DNA of 64,000 nucleotides from Lobosporangium transversale (Eukaryota): NCBI RefSeq assembly GCF_002105155.1, contig NW_019029008.1, positions 186,001 to 250,000 of the forward strand, read 5' to 3'. Shown piece by piece: positions 31,659 to 46,500 of this stretch (position 1 is its first letter; each line of letters starts with the position of its first letter). The notes under the pieces were generated by a model. It saw only the letters and a program-made list of their open reading frames with translations, ran no database searches and was not told where the DNA came from. The position numbers and the translations under genes were made by a program.

Positions 31659-33755
31659 TTTGCATCCTCCCTGCGAATTTGAAAACAACAATTCCCCCGC
31701 TTCCGTTCCAAGTTGGTATTAAAGTATCAAGAACCTCACTTTTCCTCTAATAAAGTAATCGCTATTTACTAATAGATACTGTTTTTGCTCAATGTAGCAT
31801 GTCAGATTTGTAGAATCCATTTGGCCTACTGTTTTCACCCTTTCTCATCCTTAATTATTTATTTATTCTATTATTCATGTTATGTATGCACGTAAGATAG
31901 AACAGTTCCATATGTCCTATACAGATAAATATGATTAACATAATCACAATTGCACCGGCTTTGCCCCTTTGCATAACCCTTAACATCTATCAACCAACCT
32001 CTCGCATGAAATAATCACCGTGGCATCTCCATTCTATCCATTGGCCTAAAATAAGTAAATGTCCGGTACACCTGTCACTCCTAATTTTTATAATACTGAA
32101 CAGCACGAACCAATGTTTCTAGTGCATTGATTAGCTGCATCTTTTAAAAAAAGGTTATATATTTTTTTTTGTCGATCGAGCAATCCTTTTCACCCCGTTG
32201 TCCGAAGTTGTCACGCTTTATGGATGTTAGCTTTTGAGAGCCAGGCCCTTCTTCAGGTTGATTAATACCGTAGCGGTGGTTATCAATAGAGAAGCTTGGA
32301 GTTCATTATATGATATGGCCTAAAATATAAGTCAAAGATACCAAAAGGGTGGATGAAGAGCTGGCTCAAATGTAAACACTTTACATTAATTTAAAGCTAC
32401 CATGTACTCCGATCATTAGCTCATGCTGGTAGGTATATAGCTATGGATAAGTCTCGACTATGCTTCAAAGTTGATGAGGAAACGATTAGTAGGAAATAGT
32501 CCGGCAGATCTCTTTTTCTGATCTCAGAAGTCAGAGGTGGCAGAGGAGGTGGAAGCACTGAAGACGTGTAAAAAAGGAATGAGCTGTCCTATTTTTGCGT
32601 CTATCAAAACATACGGAGGGCGATTATGGGATGGTAGATGACTGTAAAAAAGCTTGAGAGGGTATTTGTTATCCAAAGTCTGAATGCATTTATGTAAATC
32701 TTCAAAGATTGTCAAAACTGGGCGAAGCTTTTCAACTGCTGCCTTAAAATCTTGGTTGATCATGCGAGCGAGACAATGACGAGATTCGCAAAATTCTTTA
32801 AAGGATCGATTCAAAACGGGTTAGAAAATCAGCGAATGGGGACATCGTCTTCCGTTGGCCAAGTGATATTAGCCAAGTGCGCTTCCACTTAGCGTGTAAT
32901 GATACATGACAAGGAGGAAAAAAGAAAAAAACTTTCAGTAGAAACTAATAAGGGCAATCATGAAAGAAGAATAGGATTGTCGTCCTGGAACGAAAGAGAA
33001 GGAGTTGAGATATCGTGATAGTTCAAGGAAGGAAAATAAAAAGATAAACCATGGAAGAAAGTTTGCTGCGCCAAACCAAGGAAAAAGAAGACTCCTCAAA
33101 ACGGAAGGACTAGAAATGGTATAAAAGCTCGAAGTAAGCGTTCAGGCTTCGGCGGATGATCCTCCAGGCGACCACAGTAACCAAACAAGAAAGACCCAAG
33201 GTTTCCGTAAAGGAAGTCTAACAAAGGAAGGGCAGGAACATAGTGCGGAATGAAATCTCAAGTTTGGTAGTTATTTCTCATGAAGGCATTAATGTTAATA
33301 ATGGGTTCAAGGAGACCATAAGCTGAATAAACAGCTAAGACTGGGATGTTTCGGCATTATGAGAAGACTAATTACATCTGAGTGCTGTTTGTAGGGGCAG
33401 TGGGAATCTTTGATGATTGCTGGCTCGTCGAGCATAGTCATTGTAAAAACACCTTGGAAAGTGATGGAGAGAGAATGATACGGGAAAAATATCTGTCTGT
33501 ATACTTTCAAGACTTAGTGTGCTAGAATATTCATATTCATAATTAATGATGGTCTCCAGGAGCTGGAAACAGAAGTGAGCATGGGTGTTCCTAAAGGTGC
33601 GCCAGTGCACGTGACCTATGCCACAATGCGGCTGGACATGTTACAGGGGATTTCTCAATTGCATCATCATACTTATTCGCATTCAAGTTTTTGTTTCCAA
33701 AACACTACCCTAGGACAAGTGAACAAAGACATTCATTCACATCTGGCTAAATTTA

Positions 33756-34743
33756 ATGGGTGCTGTTAGTTCATCGCTTCACTATGGCGCAGACTGGATA
33801 CGGGCCCAAGGCTCTGCATTCGCCGCTAGCGACCGTGAGCGCGAACAGCGTCAGAATAGGAGACAGAGAAGACAGCGCCAACGAGCACGGCGGGCAGCCC
33901 GCTTCCGTAGGCGCCAAGATATTGAGGCCCGTGGGGAAGAATATTTTAGCGATGAGTCTGTAGATGGTGACTATGATTCTCTTGATGATGACGACGATAT
34001 GGACGATGATAGTGACACGCTGAATCATGACAGAGATTATGACGACAATGATGATACTTTCTTGGACGCCGAGGAAGTGGACTCTGTTCCAGGAAAGGGA
34101 GTCTATGACAACCACCCTCTCTACTTTGGGCCGGCATTTCATCCTGTAACTGAACAGAGCCCTGCTCAGCTGCAGCTTCAGCGGCAGATTGAGCAGCAAC
34201 TTGAACACCAACAGAGACAGGAGTATTGGCAACATCAATATCGACAGCAGCAACAGCAACAACAACAACAGCAACACGACCAGCAGCAGTCCTCGCCATT
34301 ATCTACACTAGATGGCCAACAGTCTTCTTTAAGTGGTTTTATTCTTCCGTCTGCTATTCCAGGATTGGGTAGCATTGCTGCGAATAGCGGTCATCAGAAT
34401 ACAGGTGTTGATGGCTCCAGTTCACCTGCAGACGCCCGAGCTCACATGTCCATAGCAGAGAGTGTTCAGGACCAATTGTACAGAAACAGTAATCTATATA
34501 ACCTCATTTCAGGGCTGAATGTTAATCCGCTTTTAACCGAAGTTCAGCGTGCAGGCACACTGGATCTCTCAGCTCTTGAGCAAGAGCTGGATGATGTTGA
34601 GGGTGGATGGATGGATATTGATGACGAGGAGGATGGTACGAGTCAAAATAAGAATAATGCTGATACAAATATTGATAACAGGCAGAATGGTATTGTTCGT
34701 GAAATGGTAGGTATACAGCATTGATGCCCAACACTACGCCTCT

Positions 34744-34779
<36 letters not shown>

Positions 34780-36283
34780 AGATTCAGTTGTTGATTGCCT
34801 TGCTCCCATGTTTCACTTGTGTATACCTGTGTTTTTAGCAACCGACTATGCGCTCGCCTACTGCACTTGCATGCAGCGTCAACCTCAAGAAAAGCACTCT
34901 CCGACTCGTCAAGAACTTTGCTATCTCCAACGATCCTTCGGTCCCTTCCCCGTCCCATATGCGCCCCAACTATCGCCTTGATTTCCTATTCGACAGTTTG
35001 ACACCATGTGACATTAAATTGTTTTGGGTTGTGAAAGAATTAGAAGAAGATGGTGATTTGGGATTCCGACTGCGACGATTGCACCATCTGCCACAGCCAA
35101 CTACATATCATTTCCCTGCAGGCATGAACCAGCATTTCACCTCACCTATTCTACCACTCTATACCATGTCACTTCCAGAGTTGACAATGCAAGGTTTACC
35201 CTCAATGTCGATGCGTATGTTCCAGAAAAGGAACCAACAAAGGCAGCGGCAGAGTTATAGCAAATATGGAACACAGTATCAATCACAAGAGCTAGATGGG
35301 GAGTATGATGGCGAGATCCCGAATGGCACACGGATCAACAAAAACAAAAGTAACAGTAAACTTTATAAAGAAAGAGTCAAGAGCGGGGCTTATTCGTCTT
35401 ATGGATCCTATTACAAACATTCGAGGCTAGATAACGAGAATAAACCCATTATGGAAGATCAGTACTTCCCACTGGTCATTTTGATTGAGGCTACAAAAGA
35501 ATACAGAGCCTCTGGTATGTGTATGAGGATGGAGACTTTATATCCGTAATAGGTTTATTTAACCTTATACTTGCTATACTAATCTTTGTATACATTCTAA
35601 TAGGCCCAACACGTAGCCTTCCAACACCGATTGCTGACTCGCCTGGTCTCTACCTCGTTGAGAACCAAGCCATCTCGACATTTGCTTGTTTTAACATTAG
35701 TTCGGAAGGAGGGTTTGAGATCAAGGTGATGAAACAGAAAGTCTGGATCAACTCGACAAACTATCTGATTCAGGAGATTTATGGCTTCACAGACTCTGTT
35801 ACCTCTGCCTCGTCCAAGCCCGAGTCATCTGCAAAACAACGGCAAAAGCAAAGACACGAAGAAAAGATTAAGGCAGAAAAGAAACGCCTGTCACGAACCA
35901 TGTCCGGAGTGAGCCGCGCAGAGTCGATCGCAAATAGAGTAGATGAGCTGACCATGGATCGCCCTAAAAAAATGAAGAGTAAGGGGACGATCCTTGAAAA
36001 GACAGATCCGTTAAATAGGACACAGTCAATAGCTTCAGCGACAGGTCCAGCTTCAGATACCCAAAGCCAAAGAGCATCCAAGGTAAGCATGGAGGCGGAT
36101 CTAGAAACTACGGAGCCACAACCTGCTGTAGCCAGGCATTCTTCAGCTAGCTCTATGATGATAAGTAAGAGATCTGAAGGTTCCTTCAACTCCAGAAGCA
36201 CGTCCAAGCCGAGGACAAGATCAGGAACTGAAGTTGATGATATAAGTGACTACGAGGAGGAAGGGAGGGTGGAGGGAAATGAA

Positions 36284-36333
<50 letters not shown>

Positions 36334-36769
36334 GGAGGAGGAGGAGGAGGAGGAGCAGAATTTGGTGCTTCTAGATGCACCCGAGTGTGTAATTTGTTTA
36401 TCAGATGTCAAAGATACGATAGTGTTGCCATGCAGACACTTTTGCATTTGCAACGAATGTGGCGAGGTTCTGCGCCGACGTGTCCCTCAACGCTGTCCTA
36501 TCTGTCGTCAAGGTAAAAGTCGAACAGGAGATTTTTATAAAAGAAAAAGAAAAAGGTATGCTTGAAATATTTGTAGTATGCTAATATACTTCTAAAATTC
36601 ATTATACGTTTTGAATAGTGTTCCAAGCGTTACTTCATATCGCCTCAACACCTACACGAAAGCCTGAATTCGCAATGGTGCCTCCACCGGCACCACTGCC
36701 AGCAGCGCCAGCAGCGCCAGCAGTACCAGCGATTGCACCCAATAACGATCAGTACTCTATAAGGATTTG
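33756..36769 (+). CDS. RING-HC E3 ubiquitin ligase, MGRN1/RNF157/LOG2-like
   Basis: N-myristoylation-type start [75 protein letters not shown]...RCPICRQ. Exons 33756-34706, 34839-35514, 35604-36512, 36619-36769. Confidence 0.92.
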
Positions 36770-38518
36770 ATATGCTTACTTATTTTCTTGGCTCACTTCA
36801 TACGTTTTTGTAATTTAGTCTTTTTTTTTTTCTTTTTTAATTTGTATATCCAGAGAAAAAGAGACGTAAAACTCATTAGAATAAATAACTTTGTAGTGTT
36901 TGCTTTGTCATTAATAGAAGGAGGTTTGTGCGTTAAAATATTAAAGTATTAAATTGAGCTCCAGGTATGGGTGTCTTCCATATGAATACTACAAAAAGGA
37001 TGCATCATAAAACAGACAACTTCAAGGCTGACCAAGTTTTTTTTTTTTATTTTTTTGTAATGTTACTCAGAAGAGGAAATGAAGTCTGGGCTGAATGTTA
37101 GTGTGACATGTTCATGGTAGAAAACAAAGTTTGTGTAACATGGACAGATATCTCTTCCACACCGCTTCGCCTTCGGTCATGACGCGGTGACTGACTTTGT
37201 TGAGAGGAAGTAGGGGCATTCTTCTCTTTCTCACTTTTCTTGTTCACTTCCCCTGAAGCACCGCCGTCTGCTTTAGTTTATGATAGCGCTTCAATTAATA
37301 GGAGTGCAGGTGAGCAATCAATTGTAGATTTGTGCACGGTATTCAGATAAGATTTGATGTTAGGCTTTAGTACCCCTCCAGGTTTATTTGATTGTCAATT
37401 GACGATACACAGTATCATTAAAAAGACATGTTCAAACTCAAAAGGAAGACATCGAACGTTGATTGTTTACAGGTCTACACGATAATAACATATGGCGACA
37501 TCATTTGAGGATTCTAAACCGAGGGTAAGACAGATTGGTAAACAGTAAGCAATTGGACGATCATACCAAGTTTATAGAAAGACGACCCTAACAGTACAAA
37601 TAGCATATGCTCATAACCAACAAATGTAACCATTTGTAGTTGCCATTTGTCTTTCTAGCTGTAGCGAACAGCCATGCTTTTCTCTTCCTTTCCAGTACCA
37701 ATCAGAAAAATACCGCTCAGACATCGCATTCAGGGACTCTTAGGGATTATTGCAGTCAACATGTCTTTCCTGAACAAGAGCAAGGTCGCAACTTTGAATC
37801 GTTCCTTCACGACTACCTAATAGATCAGAAAAGGTCTAATAGGAACCACATGAGGAAAGCCAAAAGATCTGTAAGGACGGACGCGATCAGTTGATACTAC
37901 GGGGAATAAACAAAAAGCACTCATGCGTTGACAGTAGGATGGATGGGGGTGAAGTGATATTGAAGTTATATTCGAAAATGGATATTTCCCGAATTGATGG
38001 ACACGCTCAGACTCTTGTGAACAAAAGTGGTTGATTTAATGAGGGTAGAGGATTGATGCATGGGTTCGTCAGGACAAAATAACAAGTTCTCTGCAACAGC
38101 AACAATAAACTGAAACCGATGACAATGCGAGTTGTTGTGAGTATAAAGAAATGCCATGTTTGATCAAAAGGACAATTGTCTTGGGAATTTAAAGTCTTGG
38201 GGCACCTGTGGAGTGAGAACCATCTACGACATATTCAACTGAAACCTGCATCTTTTCTCACAGCCAATAGTAAGAAATAGGGGAAAGGGGAACAAGCATG
38301 CTTCAATCTGCATCGTTGTTTTCATCTCATTCTTTCATTCTTCCATCCATCCTTTCGCCCTCTCTCTCCTTCTCATCCTTTTTCATCTTTTCATCCTCTC
38401 ATCCCTTTATCTTTTTTTATCCCATTTTATTGACCCTAATCTCATTAAAAAATCATAATCACCCTCTCCTTTTCTTATTTTTTAGTTTCTTAAACCTGGA
38501 TTTGTCCCACTGGTGGCC

Positions 38519-41500
38519 ATGGACCAGGGTAATGCCTCAACTGACGCCACCCCACATCCATTTGATGACTACGACCATGTGCGCGAACGGTCCGACTCCT
38601 CACTGAACTACAATCAGAGTCGGAATAGTAGCAAAGTTGCTCTACCCCTGACAGAGTCTTCGACTCAGCTTCCCGTTAGCTCATTTGCCACATCACACAC
38701 TTCAGGCACCATCACACCTGCGAACAATTCGACCATGAGTCTTAATACCAGTGCGAATACAAGCGCGGGCACAACTATTGTTCCTACTCCTATTTTCACT
38801 TCTTCATCGGCTCAAAGCATGGTTCATTCAACTCGTCATCACCATACTAGTAATCATCCTCCTGTCACCCCACTCCAGACCTCAAGCACAGGTCTCAACC
38901 GATGGGCCCAAGCATTTTCCCCTTTACTTTCTTCACGGCGCAAGTCTACAGTCATTGACATACCCTCCACCCCTGATAGCCATAAATCCTTCACGTTCGG
39001 GCTGTCCAGCTCTGTTCATGCCAATTCAGGTTCGCTCTACAACTACCATTCCTCTGCTAGTCAGGAGCATCTGGCCTCTTCCAACATAAGTGGCGGCGGT
39101 AACGGCAATAACAGCACCAGCAGTTTTCTTCCGCATGAGAATAAGATTAATTTTAATTCAGGACGATCGAATCGATCTCGAAAAACACATCCAGGCGGGA
39201 TGATTACTCATGTATCCGAAGAATCATCTGGATCCGGATCATTTGCGGCACCACCCCACACAGCTACAGCGTTTCATACGGGGTTGTCATCTCATTTTGG
39301 AGTGGGCTCGTCTTCTTCCTCAATCAACCAAAACTATCGTGACAGTTACCATGAATCTGGACATAGGGAAGGCAAAGGGAGTATAATTAGCACTGGATCA
39401 TCAGTTGTTGAAAAGACGCTCAAGAAAACCAAAGTGTTTTTCGATGAAAAAGCCAAACCAAAAGCGCGTGCCGCATCCCTCTGGTCTTTCTTAGGTAAAA
39501 ATAGTGAGCACAAAACGAATGGCATTGTGGACGTAGTTTTTGTTATACTTAATTGAGGGTAAAACAAAAATAGGTGCTCAGAAAAGGAGTACATGGAGCT
39601 AATTTATTAATACTGTATTTCCATGCAATTACCCTCTTTCATTCATTAAGATGTGACTTTCGAGTTTGACCAGGCAAAGTTTTTTCAAGAGCATGCAGAT
39701 CAAGTCTTTGCAGTTACACACGATACTTTTTGGCACCAGATCAACAAATTCAAACAGAGGCCTGATCGTAACAACACATTACAGAGCAAAGAAGTGATCG
39801 CAATACAAAAGACGTTACTCCTACTTCGCCTCATCTTTCTGTACCTGCCAGACAAGATAAAGAATGGATGGCACAAAAGACCTATTGGTAATAAACCACC
39901 CTATAGAATTAGGTTACTGTTGTTTGTCGTCGTAATATTCCGGCTCACTTACCTTTTTTCTTCACTTCAACTGTTAAAAAAAAAAAAAAAAAAAAATGAA
40001 ATGAAATGGTTTATATATGAACTTTAGCCAACATATTGGCACAAGTACTTTGCCACAAAAATCATCCTCGAATTCGTATCTTTGGATTCCGCCTACTTCT
40101 TCTTTGGATCAATGACCAGACAGTTGAATGCCCCGAGGCAATATACTTATTCTCCAATGCTATTTCACTTGATTTATTCATGTATGATGGTGAGGATATA
40201 TCAGTGGATCATGCAATGTCATCTCAAACAAAGTTGCCTCACATCAACACCGGAAGCGCAGGACGTAGAGCAGCAAAGCAGGTTTCACAATATTTGGAAC
40301 TGACTTATGTGAATCTGAACCAAGAGTTGTTGCAGTGTATGTTCTTCAAAATCCCTTCGGCTGTATTTTTTTTTTTTTTTTTTTTTTTTTAAAGATTTGA
40401 ATAGTAGGCCTACTTTATTATTTTACTACTCTTTCATTATCAGTTCAAAGGGTGGGTTCTCAACAAAAACATTTGGGTTCCTCCTTAATACTTTCATATT
40501 ACTTACTAGCCGACGGACCACCCATTTGTCCTAATCCATTCCCGCCTACGTTTCAGGACAGCATTCAACTCTTTCAGATCTTTTTGGGAAATATTGTCCG
40601 CATGGCCTATGTGGGTGCAGGATCTACACCTCCGCCTGGAGAACTTGAATCTATTAGTTCTCACCACCCACTCGAAGTAGATGGCAAGACCGGAGATGGT
40701 ATCGCTGTAGGCTTTGGATTAGATGCAGGATTAGCCGCGGCCAGGTTCATGTTTGACATCATCAAAAAATACTACCTCGTCAAGCTGTTTCCAGAGTGTG
40801 CTCGAAACCTACAGCTCATCAAAGATGAAAAAGGTATTTCCAAGGAGAAGAAAAATTGCAAAGCAACGAATGAAGTGAAGATTAACCACTCTTGTCTCTT
40901 ATCTTTTTTTTTTTTTCTTCCGCATTCTGCTGTGAATAGAATTTGGATACAAAACATGCCCCCCAACAATCCTCAGGACCATCATTAGCTTTGTTATTCA
41001 ATACTGTCTTGACAGTAACGAATTCAACTCACGGCAGGGTCCTACATCCCCTGCTATCCCCATTCTGAAAAAAATCGTCTATTCGTCCGAGGCTAATCGC
41101 GAAATCATGCATGAGATAGTTCGCCAGGGTCTTAGTCTTCCAGCAGGTCATCCACAGTATAAGGACATTGTGCGTGGAGCAATCCATATTATGGGTGTCT
41201 GGTGTCTAAGTGGTGAGCAAGAGCGCCCAGCTTTTCTACGAAGCTCCGCCCCAAATAGATCACAGGTTCCTTCGAGCGTCTCGCTAGCCTCTCTGGGAAG
41301 TCAAGAGTCGGGAGGATCACAGTCAGGATCACAACAACAGACTCCTACTACGTCGCCTACAGAGCACTTTTCCACCTCCAACTCTTTCCTTCAACGGTAC
41401 TTTCAGATGCTGACAAATGTGTTTGCAGAGAATCCAGTGACGTTTAATGATCTGAGCTCAAACTCTTCATCTGAGGCGCTTGGAACGACTGGTAATCAAG

Positions 41501-43549
41501 TCAAACTGGATTCCGATGCTTTGTTTCATCTCTACAAAGACATTGTCGGCCTTTTTAGAGCAATCTTGGCTCGCTGTCAGATAGAGATGGACGCGAAAAG
41601 CTGGGAGATCTTGTTAGGATCACTCTTGGAGATTCAGAGAAGAATTATCAGCATGTATGATAAACTATCCTCTGTTATGTCCTCGTCTATTGATGAATTG
41701 CTATCCTTTATTATCGAGGTACTGGCTAATCGTATCGAGAAGATTGCGATGACATTGATAAGGAGTTCCGTAAACAGAATTATATGGCTAAACGTATTGC
41801 CTACTTTCCTTGTCTCCATAGACCGTGCTGTGTGCTTATTCGAGATGTCCCAACGTGACGGATGCGCAGTGGATTGCATTAAGAAAAACCGTTACCGAAA
41901 GTTTGCGATTTTCACAGACTGTCTCACAATGGGTTGTACGTACAAGTCCTAAAGCTCTTCAGCTTGCAGTTTGAAATATAGTATCTTCTTTTACTGACGG
42001 ATCTTTGATCTATGAATGTTATAGAAATGGTCGGTCCGATTGACGAATATCCTCTCAAACGAGGTCTATCAAGTTGATCTGGAAGCTCAAGCTACACGTC
42101 CTGTTCAAGCCTCCGCCACTCGACACGCTCGCAAAATGTCTGACAAATTCCGACATTCGCGCTACTTTACGTCCAAGACTGAAAATCCAATGCGTCACTC
42201 AATTGGGGGCGAATTGCTATCCTCTCAAGGTATTCCTTATACCCATCAGGCATATCCACTCTTGACCCTGAATGCACAAGAACGAGCATCGTCTCGTCGT
42301 GCAAACAGTGTTCAATATGACCCTGCGAAGCAAGGTGGACCGAACACAAATACGAGTGGAACAACATATACTCCTACTCTTTTAGGACATAGTTTCTTGT
42401 CAAATCGGGATCAAGGAGTGGGACGTGAGTTTCATTCGAGTGTCAGAGCAACAGCAGTAGATGTTGGAGAGGTAGAGGATGAAGACCTATATGATAATGC
42501 TGGGTCCCATATCTCTACGTTAGGTGATGTGTTGGATACAAGCGATGAAAAGGTGGGTTGCTTTAATCTTTTTTTTTACACATGTTTTGCATATTACATG
42601 CTTCTATAGAGAACATACCCTTATATTTATTTATTTATTTTTTTTTGTTGGAAAATATTTTGCCTTAGCTCCACCGTACGCCCTCATTATTATTTCATGG
42701 ACCAGACAGCCTACATATGGATCCGATCGTGGAACGGCTGTCTCCCTTGTATGGAACCTTTGCAGCACCAGATTTCGTCAATATCTCTATGAAAGGTCGT
42801 TCTCCCGAGAACATTTTGTCGGTTTGGAAGAACATCGTTTGTTCAATTGGGAACCCCAACGAAATTCAGGTACATAGTTACATTAAATATCGAAAAAACA
42901 TGATTATATGCAGGGTGATCTGATGCGTTTTCGATAATGGATAGGTCGCTAATTTCTTGATATTGCTGTCTTTTAGATCCCATTGGTCAAAACAGAAGTT
43001 ATGTTATGTCTCTTCGATATTTGGGACTTGTTGAATCAGATAAGGACCTCACAGCCGCTGGATGCAACGGTGATTCCACCATTATATGATTTCGCGCCTT
43101 GGTTCTTTGAGGCGGCTAACAGCACCAGTGATGGTGGTGTTGGGTTGCCTGCCATCTATGGTGGACTCTGTCGAATGATGAGTCGTCGTTACGATCAGGA
43201 CTTTGACCCTGAGTACTATCAGTTGTTCTATAACAGTGTCATTCAGGTGCGTCATTTATGAGATTTTGGTTCTTAGATCCTGTTTGAAGAAATCTGTCCT
43301 AATAATTAACAACTAACCATATCTTGTAACATATTTGAACGTCAAAAAATCATGAATTAGGGACTGAAACTTGATGATTCTATGATCGTGCATTCGATTC
43401 TTGCAAACAGTAGTCGGCTTTTCACACTGTCCCTTCCTGGAAGCCATATCCTTGTCCTTCCCTTCTTGACAGCCATCCGTCAAATGGTAAAACATTACTG
43501 CTTGTTATTGCTTAATGAATTGTGTTTTACAATCACTTAATTATTGATA

Positions 43550-43583
<34 letters not shown>

Positions 43584-46500
43584 TTTTGTTTTGTTTTGTT
43601 TCAATTGAAATAGCTCCTTAAGGACGAACACTTACGGGATGGCGTTAATCATTTCATCCGGAAGCAGGCTATCGCCATTCTCTGTTCTGTCAGCATGTTG
43701 TTTTACGATTTCGGGTATCAGAATGCTAATGAACACAGTAAAGATAATAGTGACGATCAGCAGAAACAAGGGCCACTGCACAACAATGCGTCCGCTTCGC
43801 TTTCATCCAACAAAACAACTGACCTTTTGGCTCATAAACTGACATTTACACGCCTGGTCCTTGATTTGACTTTGGCGGAAGCCAATGTCAAACCCTTGAC
43901 CAAGTTCTGGGACACACATAGCATGCTGATTCAACTATGCGGCATGTTAGTCATTAATGAGTGGAGCTCCAGTTTAGCCACATGTGATATCAGTGCAGAG
44001 AGCGATCTTTTATCATTGGTCTTGGATCATTTGTACTGGACCGAAGCGAGCATTGTACAGAGTGCTGTTGAAGTAATCACCACTCTAGCAGGCATGTATC
44101 AAGATCATGAAGACAACGGCTGGGTAAGCATTCAGGAAAACTTACTTTATGCAGATATGTTTTTTGTTTAATAAGTTCCTGCAATGATTGTATTCATTTT
44201 TTATTTATTTATTTTACATTGTTTCACACACTGGACCTACCCTTCAGATTATTCTCGAAATGGTGCTCTCTCATCTTTTGAGTGCAATGCAAGAGCATCT
44301 TAAGTTATTCCAGAGCGATGCTCGACGTGGAGCAACGATTGCAACTTTTTACCGCTGCCTCATCGAATGGCTTATGGTTATTCCAGCCAGAGCCTTCTCA
44401 GAGACAGAACTCTCCAAGTGGGCATTTGAATTAATTGAAACTGGACTTTTGTGTGGACCTGATTCGACCGGAGAGAATGATCGAAAACGTGCTCTCCAGG
44501 CTGCAAAACAGCAGTATCAGCAAAACGAGCATAGCCAACAGTACTATCACCAAAGGCAATCGCAGCAACGGAAGCGAGGTCCCAGCTTCAAGTACACTGG
44601 GAAGACAATTCACCATCACCATCGCGTCATGGTCAACGCTGGACCTGCATATGACGTCGAGGCAGAACAGCTGGTTGTTAAGGAAGCTGCAGAGGCTACT
44701 TTGATACATTTAATTCATTTCATGAACAACTTTTCATCCCATACTGGATCTGAGCGTCCTGCCATAGCCATGGGTTTGGATAAGACAAGTGGTAAAGGCG
44801 AGCTGAACGGCATCCGACATAATAACAATAACAGCCCTAACAGCAAGAGGGATAGCGAGCTGGAGACCCAGAGGATCTTTGCACTAAATGACTCGATCTT
44901 GATAACACTCGAGGAAATCCCTCCAGTAGGGCCAATGGGGCTTCATCGAACTCGCGTAATTATTCGAGATGAAACAGGGCGTTACGCATGGGACTCTGAA
45001 ATATTTTACAAGGAGATGCTTGAGATTGAAGAAAGCAATAGGCCTCGATCTGTACAGCGGACGGGGTCGCGGCTGAGTGAACGATTTGGATCAAGTCCAA
45101 GGAGACGCAAGAAGGAAATGGCCAGTCAGTTGGTTTGGCGTGAAGGGATCAAGATACGTGAAGATGAAGTCCATAGTGCATCACGAGTCAGCAATTCTGC
45201 ATCGATCATACCTTCTTCTGCCGCTACCTCTCCAGAAGCGTACCATCCTCCTAGCCTTGAGTCTTTGCTCTGGGATGGAGGCGCGTCTTCTAGAAGTGAT
45301 GGCGATATGTTGGATCGACTCCTATGTTATATTGGTGATATGCACCCAGATTGTCTGTTTGATGGCAAAACACCCCTGAATCGACTCAATAACGGTATGA
45401 CTCTATCGACAGAGTCAGGAAATACTGATAATTATTTTGGTAATGGCATAGGCAGCCATATGAATAGCAGTAGCAATAATGGCCATGGGTTTAATGGCAG
45501 CACTGTCAGTCCAGGCGGTCGCAAGAGATCAACCATTGATTTCGAGCTGAACAGACATGTTCAGGAAGAAAACTATTATACCCGGATCTCAGATCCACAG
45601 GCACGTGCATGGTACGACAAGTTATTAGAACTGCGATCCAGCCTAATTCAAACAGATGATGACATAGAGGAGCACAGTAACACACTCATGGCCTTGGTCA
45701 TCAACTCCAGCTCAGAGTCCAAAAGAGGGGATAGCCAGATAAAACAAGAAGACTCTGGAAATACGGATGTGTCACTAAGACAAATAGATAATGGCATCCC
45801 TTTGTCACATAATGAGCTTTACAATCGTGCGAAGCGCTATTCAGGACGGCGTATCAGCCAAAATAGCCTACAGGATCTTCAAGCTGGTGCCACCACGGCC
45901 TTAGAACTAGATGGTGCTCTCAAGAGCAATGAAAAGGATGTGCTCGCAGCAGGATTGCTCAAGGAGGATGCTACCAACATGGCGAAGGCATTTCAACTTG
46001 TTCTTCCGCCGGAACCGGAGCGACCACTCGATAGTTATCAGCATAGCCGTTTGTTACTGAGCCATTTAGGACTCCTATGTTTTGACAGGTTCCAAGAACA
46101 TAATTTCGTGTTACTAAACCAAACCGCATCGCTTAACAGGGATCTAATAAGCCTTGACAAGAAATCTGGGTATGTAGGAACCTAAACGAATATTGAGCAG
46201 TTAATTGAACCGAGTGGTTTTACTAGGACTAAACATTTTTTTTTTTTTTTTTTTTTTTTTTACTATGTAGACGCGAGACTTTCAAGATCGCTATTCTGTA
46301 TGTGGCAGCAGGTCAGGAAGGTGAAAAGATGATTCTACACAACTCTAAGGGCAGCACAGCTTATGACCGATTCGTCCACGATTTGGGCTGGGAAGTGGAT
46401 TTGGCCGAACATAATGGTTACATGGGCGGCTTGGAACGTAATGGGTCTAACGGGCGTACAGCAATGTACTACTGCTCTTCAACGCTCGAGGTACTCTTCC

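Noticed and set aside
32500..33300. Coding-like decayed sequence, also at about 30.0-30.5, 37.4-38.2, 55.0-55.5 and 62.0-62.8 kb
   Set aside because: Probably relics, but I could not recognise any motif, so no call is made.
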